Part shown: positions 24,865 to 36,945 of the stretch, one piece after another
How the letters are laid out: every line of letters starts with the position of its first letter
How positions within the stretch are numbered: position 1 is the stretch's first letter
NCBI GenBank assembly: GCA_030295235.1
Contig: AP026162.1
Span: 1,860,001 to 1,924,000 of the forward strand
DNA length: 64,000 bases
Direction: 5' to 3'
Source of the DNA: Fistulifera solaris
Taxonomy: Eukaryota
Position numbers and translations under genes: made by a program
The notes under the pieces: model-generated
The model's database searches: none
What the model saw: the letters and a program-made list of their open reading frames with translations, nothing else
What the model was told of the DNA's origin: nothing

Positions 24865-25301
24865 ACGTCACATCCACTCACATTTGAAGAAAATTATGCA
24901 GTCCTTCATAGAGTCTAAAGGAGTAAGTAGGTGTCGCAGTTGAAGTAATAGAATTATGAACGACCCAGACGCCACGTCATAAAAGTGACGTAACCATGTC
25001 GTCACCCTGCACCTTGTTACTGTACTACGTTAAGCAACGTGCGAGGTCCGAGGTGGAGGTCCGAAGTCCGAACAAAAGTGCCACGTCGAGTGAAAATTTA
25101 TCATGTAAGAAATGTACCATAACCAGAATCGCTCTTACGTGGACTTGAAGCTGCAGAATAGTCACTGAAAAGTACGACTACAATCAAACTCAGACTCAGC
25201 AATCACGAAAAGTGACGTAATCATGTCGTCATAAACGATGACGTAACCAAGTCGTCACCTTTTTCTTCGACTGTTTGGAAGATTGCCACGTAGGATGACG
25301 T
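24865..25301. promoter_or_regulatory. Dense bZIP-type element cluster with three TGACG-N9-CGTCA inverted modules upstream of the ABCC gene
   Basis: ACGTCA at 24865 and 24974; TGACGT at 24986, 25213, 25239, 25296; several GCCACGT half sites. Confidence 0.7.
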
Positions 25302-25488
25302 GACCGCTCGTACCAGTTTACGTAGCGGGTGCGGCAAACATTCGCAAACAACAATCTCATCCTTTTTGATGATTTATTCGGCCCCTCACAATTCTCTCGA
25401 GACGTCGACTTCATTGACACCATCTCAAGTTTTCTGATCAAAATCGTTTCTATCGAGAGTATAAACGGTTGATTATCACGTTATCATC

Positions 25489-28400
25489 ATGCCCGGTCCA
25501 TTTGCCCCGATTACTGGAGGACGCGTTTCCGAGGTGGTCAACCAGGAGGCCGCCTTGTGCAAGTCCTCCTCCTGCCTTCCGACGTCGAACAAAGAGAACA
25601 AGGTCGACAAGTTCTGCAAGGATTACGAAGACTTTATCAGTGTTTCAGATGCACACAAGACTTTCATCAGCAACTGGGAACAGGAAAAGAAAAAGACTGA
25701 GCAGCCGGACGAGAAACCGTACAAGATGCTCTTGCGCTGTTTGTGGACGTCCTTCCGTTACGATTTCTTCAAGGCATTTTTCTCCAAACTCACGTGGTCG
25801 GTGCTTGTCATCTTTTCGATCTACTACTTCGTTTTCGATATCCTCGACTTCATCAACAAGCGCGACAAGGAAATCCCCATCAACAGGGGTGAGTACTACG
25901 AGTTCTACCTCTGTGGAGGTTTCTTCGCTGCCATGTTCGTGCTGTCGATTGGTATCCAGCAAATGGGTATCTACTCGTCTATTTTGGGCTCTAAAGTCAA
26001 GGCAGCACTGACGACCGAGATCTACAAGAAGATGATTGTTCGTGATCCGTACGGATCCAAGGCGGATGTCGTAGCGCTCGTTGCCAAGGATGTCGAGAAG
26101 CTCGCTGAAGCCTGTTTGAGTTTGCAGTACTTGTGGTCTGGTATCTTCGAGACACTCGCTGCGTTGGCGGTCACGCTTATCTTGTTGGGTGCCACGATTC
26201 TTCCCGGCGTCGCTCTCATGGCAATCTTCATGCCGCTTCAGTACTACATGGGCATGGTCGTCGCCTACCGTAAGAAGGATTTGGCCAAAGTCTCAGACAA
26301 GCGCATCTCCCTCATGGAAGAAATCATGCGCAGTATCAAGCTCATCAAGATCTACGGCTGGGAAGCGTCTTTTTTCAAAAATCTCAACGAAATTCGCGCC
26401 GAAGAGAGTCGCTTGGTTGATGGAATCAACAACTACAAATCAACTATTCTCGGTTTGATCTTCTGCTTGCCTCCTATGTTGTGCGTTGTCATTTTCGGAA
26501 CAAAGGAAGCGATGGGTGAGATCGAGTCGGTTGTCGTGTTTACCGCCATGTCCTTCTTCAACACGCTGCGTGTGCCCTTCTCCAAGTTGCCCAAGAGTCT
26601 CCGCGATGTGCTCGACGCCTTGTCCAGCATGGAACGTATCCAAGCCTTCTTGCTCGAGCCAGAATTGAGTGTCGCCGAGAAAAAGAACGACGCGCCTTCC
26701 AATCACCAAGGCATTACCTTCCGCAATGCTTGCCTGTCGTACGGAATGGACGGAGCCATCTTGTTGAAATATGTGAACTTGAACATCCCGCAAGGCGCGC
26801 TCATGATGGTGGCTGGATCGGTTGCTTCAGGAAAGTCCAACTTGTTGAAATCTATCCTCGGAGACATGACCATGCGCAGCGGCCAGTGTCTCACGCCGGC
26901 ATCGAAAGCTTACGTTCCACAGACTCCTTGGACCGCTTTGGGTACCGTGCGAGACAACATTGTTTTTGGCTTGCCCTTCGATGAAGCTTTCTACCGCAAG
27001 GTCATCTTCGCTTGCGCCTTGGAACCCGATTTGAAGATGATGCCCCTCGGAGACCAGACCTGGATCGGAGAACGAGGAGGTAACTTGTCCGGTGGCCAGA
27101 AGCAGCGTATTGCCCTCGCCCGTGCCGCTTACAGTCGCGCCAAGCTCTACGTGTTGGACTCCCCCTTGTCGGCCGTCGACATGTACACTTGTCAGCACAT
27201 CTTCAAGCTCTGCATCAAGGACATCATGATTGCTGGTGGCGGCACTGTCGTCTTGGCCACCCATCAGACGGAATTGTTCTACATGTCGGATCATTTGGTC
27301 GTGATGAAGGAGAACAACGTCGTGTACAACGACAAGTACTCCTTCAAGGGCATTAAGCATCTTTTCCCCAACTTTTGCGGTGACGAAGTCGCCGAGAGCA
27401 CCTAAGCTGGTTCTTCCCAAAAGTCGAACATCCCGCTCCCTCGGACCCACACACCGACCCGCAAGATATTTTGGAACACCCCGAACATGGCGTCAAGGTA
27501 ACACACGATGCCTTGGTCCCTCTCAAGCGTCACCCACCCATGACCCCGTCGCCGTCGACAAAGAAAATCATAACCAAGCCACACGCAGAGAGCGAAGGAA
27601 GCATTTACTGGTGGTACATCCAGAAGATCGGCGTTTGCTTGTTCACCACCGCGACTTTGATCTTCATCATCGGCCAGATCTTCCGCGTGTACAGTGACAA
27701 CTGGGTTTCAGTCTGGACCAAGCGCAAGTACGAGCCGGAACGCACCGCCGATTCTTTCTATGCCGGTCTCTACGGCTTGTTGGTCTTTGTCTTTTGTGCA
27801 TGTCCTTCTTGCGTGCCTTCTTCTACTACCGCACGGGCAAAGTTGGCGCCATGAACATTCACGATGCGGCATTTGGTGCCGCCCTCAAGGCACCCATGCA
27901 CTTCTTCCATGTCACACCAGTCGGTAAATTGTTGGCCTTCTTCTCCAAGGATGTCGAAATCATTGACGATCAGTTGGTCGACAACATCCTCATGTTCCAA
28001 ATCATGTTCTGGATCTTTATCATGGCTTGCGGTGTTGTTGCCTATAACTTGGTCTTCTTTTTGGTCATTGTCGCTGGTTTGGCCGTCGTGTACATCTACA
28101 CCGTGTACAACTACATCCAAGCCTCCGTCCCTCTCATGCGCGCCGCGGAAGAGTCTGGTAGTCATGTCGTCGCTCACACGGCCGAGACATTGAGTGGATT
28201 GGCTGTGGTCCGTGCTTTCCGCATGGAAGACCGATTTGTAAACGAGAACGTCGGATTGCAAGCCAAGTCGGCCGTCGCTACCTTTTCCATCGCCAACCTA
28301 TCCTTGTGGTTGGCCTACCGCGTCGACTTGATCGGTGCCCTTTTGGTGTTGGGTTGCTGTCTGTTGGCCGTTGTCGACACCTCCATGGACGCTCCTATTG

Positions 28401-29359
28401 CCGGGTTGATTGTCAGTAACTCATTCCAAATTCTCTTGTTCTTCAGTATCATGTCTCGCTTGATGGGTGACTTCCACGACAACATGAAGTCCGTCAACAT
28501 GGCCCGCGAGCTCTGCGACTTGGAAGCCGAGCAAGAACCCGAACAAGAAGTCGAACCCCCGGCTCAGTGGCCGTCCAAAGGAGAAATCCGATTTGAAGGT
28601 GTTGTCATGCCCTACTTGCCCGGTCAACCACCCACGCTCAAGGGTATCAATTTCAGCATCGGGGAAGGTGAAAAAATCGGTGTCGTTGGACGTACGGGTG
28701 CCGGCAAGAGTTCTTTGATTGTCGCTTTGTACCGTTTGGCTGAAATCTCCGAAGGAAGCATCCACGTCGACAACATTAATTGCGCGAACGTCAACCTGCA
28801 CAAGCTTCGCAGCAGCATGGCCATCATTCCCCAAGAACCTGTCATGTTCTCTGGTACGCTCCGTTATAACTTGGATCCCTTCAACCAACACACCGACGAG
28901 GCACTCTGGGATGTTTTGAGAAAGTGCTTGTTGGGCCCTGTCATCGAAAGCAACAAGGACGGCCTGAATACCAAAGTCGAACTTATGGGCTCCAACTTCT
29001 CGCTCGGCACCCAGCAACTGATTTGCTTGGCCCGTGCCATGTTGAATCCATCCCGCATCTTGTTGTTGGACGAAGCGACCGCGGCCCTCGACTCCGATAC
29101 GAACGCGGCCGTGCAACAGGTCTTGCAGAAGCACTTCTCGCACCGAACCATTTTTACCATTGCGCACCGTTTGGACACTATCATTGATTCTGATCGCATT
29201 TTGGTAATGAATGCTGGTGTGGTTGCCGAGTTCGACACACCGCACAATTTGTTGGAAGACCACGATTCGATCTTCCATGAGTTGTGTATGAACACTGGTA
29301 AGGCACAGTTCGAAGTCCTCGCCGCCCGAGCCCGTGCTCTTGCCAATGAGAGGAAGTAA
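25489..29359 (+). CDS. ABCC/MRP-type full ABC transporter (TMD-NBD-TMD-NBD, no TMD0)
   Basis: NBD1: GSVASGKS, LSGGQKQRIALARA, LDSPLSAVD. NBD2: GRTGAGKS, FSLGTQQLICLARA, LLDEATAALD, IAHRL. No introns seen; indels near 27400-27420 and 27795 split it across three ORFs. Confidence 0.93.
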
Positions 29360-30025
29360 AACAAAGAAGCGAACAAGCTTTGAAACGTTGATTGCATGAA
29401 AAGAGTCAGATATTCTCGTTTGACGTTAGAATAAGAAAATAGTAGTGAAATGCGGCTTACATTTAGCACCCTATCGTTCTTCTCTAGAGTCAATGCATCG
29501 GAAGAGTTGCTTGCCGATGGTCAGTTAGAAGAATCACTAAGAGTACAGGGACCCAGAGATTCGTAACCATTGCAACTCCAAACGCCTCTCACGGAATGTC
29601 AACAACAAGAAGCTCGTAGTTCGAGTGCTAATGTATTGATAATTCTTCAAAGTGAGCACTGGAATCGTTTTCGTTATCTTCAAAGTAATTTTATTGCGTT
29701 GACTGTTGACTGTCGGAGGAAGCATGACTGAAACAAATTTGTTCACGAAACCATGCAGCACGCCCTTCCCTCAGCAGTCTGTACAGGCGACTGAAGCTCT
29801 TAGGTCGCTTACTATCGATCTCATCATCAGAATAACTGCATGAAATCTACTACGCACTGCCGAACTATGGTGTCTTTACGTTGAGCTATTCTTCTTCTCT
29901 AAGGATACTTGTTGTTATAACTTCTAAATTAGTCAGTTTCTTATATTTTATTTTTATGTTATCGTATCGATACTTGTCTATTCCTGGCCTATTCAATCTG
30001 TTCGAATTCCTCTTGTACATGTACT

Positions 30026-32166
30026 TCAAATAAAATACCGCTTTACTCGCAGTTTATCTAGTCCGCAAGTCATAGCAGAAAGTGTTGTCTTCAATTCCTC
30101 AGCTATATCTTGTAAGCGAACCATCCCTTGGTCCTCTTCTTCACCCGCGGGTCCCCATAAAATAGCCGTGTCTCCTACGCAAACGGAAGCGCCAACCTGG
30201 TCTTCTTTGTCTCCGACAGGTCCAAGGTCTACCATCATCATGTCCATACAAATATTACCAGCAACGGGGAACACCTTCCCGCGAATTTGGACTTTGCCAA
30301 CCCCGTTTCCCAGTGCCCGAGGGTACCCATCCGCAAACCCAATCGTCAACGTACCTATCCTGACATCATGCGGAGCAACGTAGGCGCGGTCGTAACCGAC
30401 GCTATCGCCAGTCTTTAGGATTGCAACATGCCGTATAGATGCACAAAGTGTTGATACCGCTTTTAGTTGCGGAAAAGCAGGACGCTGTCCAAAGATGGCA
30501 CCTCCGACCCGGACAAATCCTCTCGTGTTAGAGCCGTCTTGGCTAAGAATTTTCTCCGCGTCGAAATGTGTAAGAGACGTCGTAAGTAGTGCTGCCGAGT
30601 TATCTGTGCTCACAGTAGGAATATTGATCCCAGCAGCTCTAACTCGATTTAAAAGCCAGATAAACTTCTCCATCTGGGAATGAGAATATGTTGACGTTGC
30701 GTTGGCTTCGGCCATGTGGGTGCACATGCCGAAAAATTCAATCGGAGCATTGGAGAGAATCTCTGCGTCCACCAATTCTTTCAATATCTCAATCGTATCG
30801 CGTCGATGTTCATTTTCATCGGGCTTGTCGACTTTAAAACCAAGTCTTCCCATTCCTGTATCAACTGAAGCGTGCCATCGCAACCTTTTTCGTACTGCCA
30901 TGGAGAGCGCGGCCGAACTCGTCGTTGTGTTTCCGCCATCCATTTTACCAAAAGTTCCCATATTTTGATTGTTGTTCATCTTTGCTAGTTCGCGAGCCCT
31001 AGCGTTGCGTGCTTCCGCGTCAATGCCCGCAAAAACGGAACACGTCTTACGAGTTTGGGAATCTGAGAGAGGCGCCGGCACAAATACTTGTCTTTCTGTA
31101 TCATGGGAATCCGTCGAGGAGTTATCAGTTGACACTGGATTTGATGCAAGGGCTTTTCCCTGACGCTCCTCGAGTTGACTTGCCGCTTCTTTGGCGGCTC
31201 TTTGACCCAAAAGGAGTGCCCTTACTTCTTTTGCGAGATCCTGGCCTTGAACATTGCCGAGCGTACTAGACGGGTAAATGAGTGATTGTCGACTAATTGG
31301 GCGACTATCCTCCGTCCCAGAATCCTGGGGATTCCAAAGCGAATTTTGTGTAAGGTTGTCTTTCAAAACGTTTGGCAAGTCCAGATTTACCGGTACTTTA
31401 AAGTTGTTGTGTAGGACCTGTTCAGCATCCCGTGGACCAAGCGGTGCAAACAGAGCTTTCGCTTTAGCTTCATTCGCCGCCTGTTCCACTTCAACACATT
31501 TTCTTTCCTTTGAATTTCTCACCCATGCCAGTAGTTGCTCCGCTACTTCGGGACCTGACACCATCAGTTCGATTCCATGATACAAGTATTCATCAAAGCA
31601 CCGTGGAAAATTAACAGGTGGTCCCAAAACGATGATACGAATCCGAGAAGGTCTCATACTCGGATTTTTCACAGAAACCTGTTCCCCTCCGTTAGTTTGG
31701 GTTGATGATGCTACATTTTCCCAGAAAGAGGGATGACTGCTATCCAGCGCTACGGGAAAATGCGAGGCAAGCTGTTTCGACCAACGGCCTGGAGGGTTAT
31801 TTTCAAACGCCCGACGCAATTGGATGGCTTCTTCAAGGGTCGCGACTGCAAAGCATCCGCCCCGCAGCAATCCGCGAGATGCAAGGCGGTCGCAATGGCG
31901 CCGTGGCCGTAACCATCGGCTTTGACCACGGTAATAACCGAGCAACTCTGTTCATTCGCGGCTGCTTCGACGCACGCGTAGTTGTGCTCCAGTGCCGACA
32001 AACGAATACGATGTACAACCCTCTGTTCTCCCTCTTTTGATTTTGTAGTCTTGCTGAGTTGCGCTTGCTCATCTACAGCAATGCCTTTCGTTCGACCCTC
32101 CGCCTCGGGTGTCGGTAAATTTGACGTACTGCAATGATAGCTTGAAAACGGCCTGAGATGCGTCAT
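30026..32166 (-). CDS. alr: Bacterial-type (fold type III PLP) alanine racemase with large insertions
   Basis: VVKADGYGHG (PLP lysine), FAVATLEEAIQLR, DTGMGRLG, NSAALL, VGYDRAY (catalytic Tyr), GFADGYPR, GNICMDM. One-base frameshift near 31850. Confidence 0.9.
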
Positions 32167-32735
32167 ATTTGCCGCAGATGAGCGCCCGTTGAACTGCTAT
32201 GTCAAGGGAGGATAGAGAGCAAAGACAATTGTGCATTTTGTAACGGAAAGTTGCTTTTTGAGGTCAATCAAAGAAGTCAAGCGTCACATCTTTCCAACGA
32301 AATCCATGTGTTTTGGCGTTTTTGCAAGCAAAAAAGGACCTTGATCTTGATCACACTGGTCTGCTACTTTAAGTGGTATAGTGCAAAGTGTCCTTATGGT
32401 ACTGTAATAAATGTCCGTATTTCGCCACGACTCAAATTTCAGTCATGAATCAATATTCTTTTGAGCTAAGGACGTTCGAGCGACAGTGTTACCGGTAACT
32501 AAAATTCGCTCGTTCAGCAAATCTTCTTGAAATCCATTTATCGTTGTTGCAATCAGGTGTTTTTAGCAGCGTTTGCATTTAAACGTCGTTGTGACTTCTT
32601 GTCTGCTCTAAGCAAATGGATGGCGACCGCATATCGCATAGGGGTACTCCTACGGCAATGGAATGATCGACAGTAGCATCACTCTAACCAACAATTATCT
32701 GATTTTAGTCATTTGGCAAGTAAAGTTATAATATT

Positions 32736-34363
32736 TTATTCAGTAGCCACATCCCAATTTTGTACTATTTTGTAGTGAGGACCTTGATCTGAATACTTCT
32801 CCAATTGCTTGACAAGCTCTTCGGACAAGAGACCGTTGAGGGGACTCGAAAGTATGGATTGAATGATCGCGTACTTCGCTTCACGACCCTCTTTGGTCGG
32901 TTCCATATCGCGCGACAGCATCATGGGAAAGAATTCACCATGATTCCAAAGAACTTGTCCTGCTGTAGGCATTTTCGCCACAGCCCGCAACAGCTCATAC
33001 ACACCGAGACGGACTTCGGGAATGGGGGACCGCACCAGAGATAGAAGAAGTTCCATTGTATCACCCCGAAAGGTACTTGAATTCGCTTCACCAATACACG
33101 CGAACAATTTCATAGTCATTGCGTCGGATGGTGGTCTGGGCGTCCAGCTGTCTGTATTCTCTACAACAACCATGCTTGGATCCAACACGTGTGCAACGGA
33201 TATCAGAATAGCCGCCTTTAGTTTCGATCGCGCCGCGGACTGAAACGATAGCCACGCGTACCGAGTCACTGGATCACTGATAATCAACTCCAATGCTTCA
33301 TCCGAGGCCGAGGCAAACGCGGAGATGGCATCAATCATGGTAAAACGATCGACTTCGGAGCCACTCGTTTGTTCATCCCAATGATGCAAAGCTTTATGAA
33401 AGGACGTCAGCAAAAGTGACTGTCGTGTCCGGCTACCGCACTGGTTGTGTCCCAGTGCAAAAGCTTACAGAGTCTGGCCACGACACGGAGTGCGGAACCT
33501 CCCAAGAGAGCGTCCGGTATTCCGGAAGATGAATCATCGGCTGACACACCCGCCATGCTTAGAATTGTCCGCAGTGGAAAACCTTCTTGTGACGTCAAGA
33601 GCCATTGGGTCCGCGATGGATGAAATGGTTGTGTCGAGGCAAGACGCTCAAACAAGTCCAAGGCCGATAGTTGTAACAGAGGGTCAGCGTCGTATGTCAA
33701 CATGGTCGTTACGCTACTCATGGCGCCGGCTGCGAGTGCTACACGCATGAACGTATCTTCCATCAAGACTAATTCGACCATCGCAGTGCCGCACCGTACA
33801 CAGGTAGTACTCGCATGAACTGCAGTCGGACCGGAAGATGAAGTGAGTTGCTGCCAACTTTCCCTCCACAAATGCTGCAACACTGGCATGACTTGTTCGA
33901 CAAAGACCGAACCCTGTCGTCGGGCTATACAGACGAGAACGGTCGTGGCGTTGTCGGCTACTTGAACATCTTCCCCGCGTAGTTGGGAAACGATTACCAG
34001 CAGCAATTCCGAAGATACACAGAGAGGTTCGGTCGTGCTTTGACTCAGACGAGTCACTTCTTCAAGTACGGCTTGCGATGTCGGTTTGAGAAAGAGAGTT
34101 GGTTCCGATGCTACCAAAGCGCCCATGAGCGACAAAGCCTCACTGCTGGATAGTATACTGTTCTCTTGGACGTCTCGAAACAAGAATGGCACCAAGACGC
34201 TCATCGTATTTGCTGGAGAAACATGATCATTCAGTTCCTTTATCATTTGCGGATCTAACGACTGGGATGTTGCCAGTCCCTGACATAATTGCTGTAACCG
34301 AGATAACACTTTCTCATTTGCTGAAGTATCGACCGACATTTCATTGTTTTTTATTCTAGGCAT
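32736..34363 (-). CDS. PSMD5: 26S proteasome assembly chaperone PSMD5/Hsm3-like ARM-repeat protein
   Basis: DPLLQLSALDLFERLA and C-terminal REAKYAII...LEKYSDQGPHY resemble PSMD5. Frameshift near 33413 joins the two ORFs. Confidence 0.7.
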
Positions 34364-35078
34364 AATGCATTCATCAATCAATATTTAGTTATCATCGTTG
34401 TGTTTGCGCGCAAGGAGCAAGGAAATCATTTTTCGTCCGTGTTCGAAAAAGATCCATCTTCGTGGATGTCGCCTCGATACTCAATCACTATACCTTCGAA
34501 GTGTATATTACTTTTTTCGACTGAAACCATCTCGCCGGTCCCGTAAAAATTGACACCCTCCATTTCAATGAAACTCACACGGAGTCTTCAACATAGACGA
34601 TGAGGAAGCACGTAACTTTAGTCCAAAGCTTGACTTTATGAAAGAATCGCTATGACAATTTCTAGGAAAAGCCTTCTCTTCTATCAACGTGCAATTTTTG
34701 TCCCGAACTCTTGTTTTGTCCTTAACCCTAATTTGACTAGCCGGCGGAGGAGTTTTCCGAGGCGCTGACTCCGTTTCGCATTTTCTGACTTTGTTCATTG
34801 TGATGTTTCGATCCAATTTCGATGTAATCAAGGGCTCACAAATAATGTAAAGACGTATGCTTCTTTGACGCGTAGAGAGATCCTTCGAGAGCGCTATCAT
34901 TGTCTTTCATTACTTCGCAGTGCAGTGAACGGCGAACACACAATTGATCATTCGTGACCTTTCTCATTATTTCATCATTGTCGGGTGGGTCCTGCTGCAC
35001 CAGTTCCTCCCATCGGTTCGGGGATTTGTTTACTACAAGAGACGCTCTTTCAGTTCTACCACTTCTACGCTGCTCAAC

Positions 35079-36945
35079 ATGCACGACGTCAGTATCCACT
35101 GGTATCGAAATGGTCTCCGATTTCATGACAATCCGACCTTGCTCGATGCTTGTCAGCAATCGAAAACCATGCTACCACTCTATGTAATCGATCCAGAAGT
35201 TCCCTTTGCACAGACACAAGGCCTCCGACCCGCATGTATTCGTGCTAATTTCGTTATGGAATCTATTCAAGAAGTCGATAAAAAATTACGAAACATGAAC
35301 AGTCAAATGATCGTCATCTTGGGGAAACCGAAGCAGGTAATTCCGGAAGTTGTGGCGCTTTTCGGTGCTTCGGCATTGTACTATGAGCAGGAAGCGGCCG
35401 CCCCGATTCGCAAAGCGGACGCAGAAATCTTGCAGGAGCTCAAAAGCAAGGTGGGGAAGGATTGTGATTGCAAGGGTTACCCCACTCATTCGTTGCATCC
35501 GATGGAACTGTATCTATCCAAATGCAAAGGCAATGTCGCGCCATCCTCGTACGGGGCGTTCACGAAGATTTTTAACAACCTCAAAGTACCGAAAGAAGTG
35601 GAGGAAGTGACACAAGTGCCTCCATTACCGGAGGATGCATTGCGTAAGCTGAAGGACAAATTTGGAGAGCAATTTCGGATGCCGACGTTAGAAGACTTGG
35701 GTTATGAGAATACCAAAGAGAAGCTGAAGAATCGTGCAAAAGGTGGGATTGATTTTATTGGAGGAGAAGACGCTGGTTTGAAACTGCTTCGATATATGAT
35801 GAGTCGCAAACAGTGGGTTGCCACCTTTGAAAAACCGAACACCAGCCCAAATGCTCTTAAGGTCGATACAACTGGATTGAGTCCTTGTAAGTTTGTTTTG
35901 GATCATGCTTGAAAGGATTTTGCGTATGACTAACATGACATATAGATGTGAAGCACGGATGTGTATCGCCTCGGACATTCTACCACGAATTATCAAAAGT
36001 CTACGCCCAGTTCAACTCGAAGGAAATCTCGAAGCCACCTGTATCCTTGCATGGGCAGTTGATGTGGCGAGAATACAATTATCTGATGGGCTACAGCACT
36101 CCAAACTTTCATCAAATGGCGGATAATCCTGTCATGCGACAAATCCCATGGGACGACGATCCTCAGCTTTTGAGTGTATGGGAAAACTCGCAGACGGGAT
36201 ATCCTTTTATCGACGCACTCATGACCCAGTTTCGCGAAACAGGATTTCTTCATCATCTCGGACGACACGCAGTAGCTTGCTTCTTAACAAGAGGCGACCT
36301 TTGGCAGAGTTGGGAGAAAGGTGCGGAAGTCTTCGAGTATTATTTGGTTGATGCCGATTGGTCGATTAACAATTTCAACTGGCAATGTAAGTTTTGGTTG
36401 TTTCAGAAAGCATCATTCTTCATCTAAAAAGCTCCTTTCTCTGACTTATGTGGTTATTTACAGGGTTGTCTTGCTCGGCGCACTTTTACCAGTATTTTCG
36501 ATGCTATAGTCCGGTGGCGTTCGGTACGTGCCTTGCTTCTCGTGTCGCTATGACTGCCGCCGCGTGTGGACCTTCCTAACACAGTCGTATCGTTTCAATA
36601 GGCAAGAAGACTGATCCTGATGGCACTTATATCAGGAAGTGGCTTCCCATGTTCAAGGATATGCCGTCGAAATTTATTTACGAGCCATGGGAGGCTCCCT
36701 TGGCGGTGCAGGAGAAATGCGGTGTCATCATCGGAAAGGATTACCCTTATCCGATCGTTGATCATAAGATCGTTAGCAAAGATAACATGAGTAGAATGAA
36801 GGAAGCGTACGATTCTCAGAAAAACGGTCTGCCCATGCCGGAATCACAACCTGTGGAAACGAATGAAAAGCGTATCACTTTCGCCGATTCTTCCAACTCG
36901 GACGACGCGTCACATGAACCAGATAGCAAGCGCAGGAAGAAATAA
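35079..36945 (+). CDS. CPF1: Cryptochrome/(6-4) photolyase CPF1
   Basis: HWYRNGLRFHDNP, TTGLSPYVKHGCVS, GQLMWRE, HHLGRHAVACFLTRGDLW (both (6-4) catalytic His), WLSCSA. Introns 35887..35945, 36387..36463, 36524..36601; ends SKRRKK. Confidence 0.93.

Noticed and set aside
27395..27480. ABCC as two separate half-transporter genes, or stop-codon readthrough at 27403
   Set aside because: Coding-like sequence continues without an intergenic gap and the downstream part is in another frame; best explained by local indels.
28421..29493. Long antisense ORFs over the ABCC (also over RACK1 and eIF5)
   Set aside because: Expected shadow of strong codon bias; no recognisable protein features.
29400..30020. 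Possible ncRNA or mobile element in the convergent intergenic gap
   Set aside because: No repeats, terminal structures or recognisable RNA motifs seen.
30026..32166. Bacterial contamination as the source of alr, rsmJ or the NTF2-like gene
   Set aside because: Contiguous with intron-containing eukaryotic genes of similar composition; rsmJ has a spliceosomal intron and presequence, and alr has eukaryote-style low-complexity inserts.
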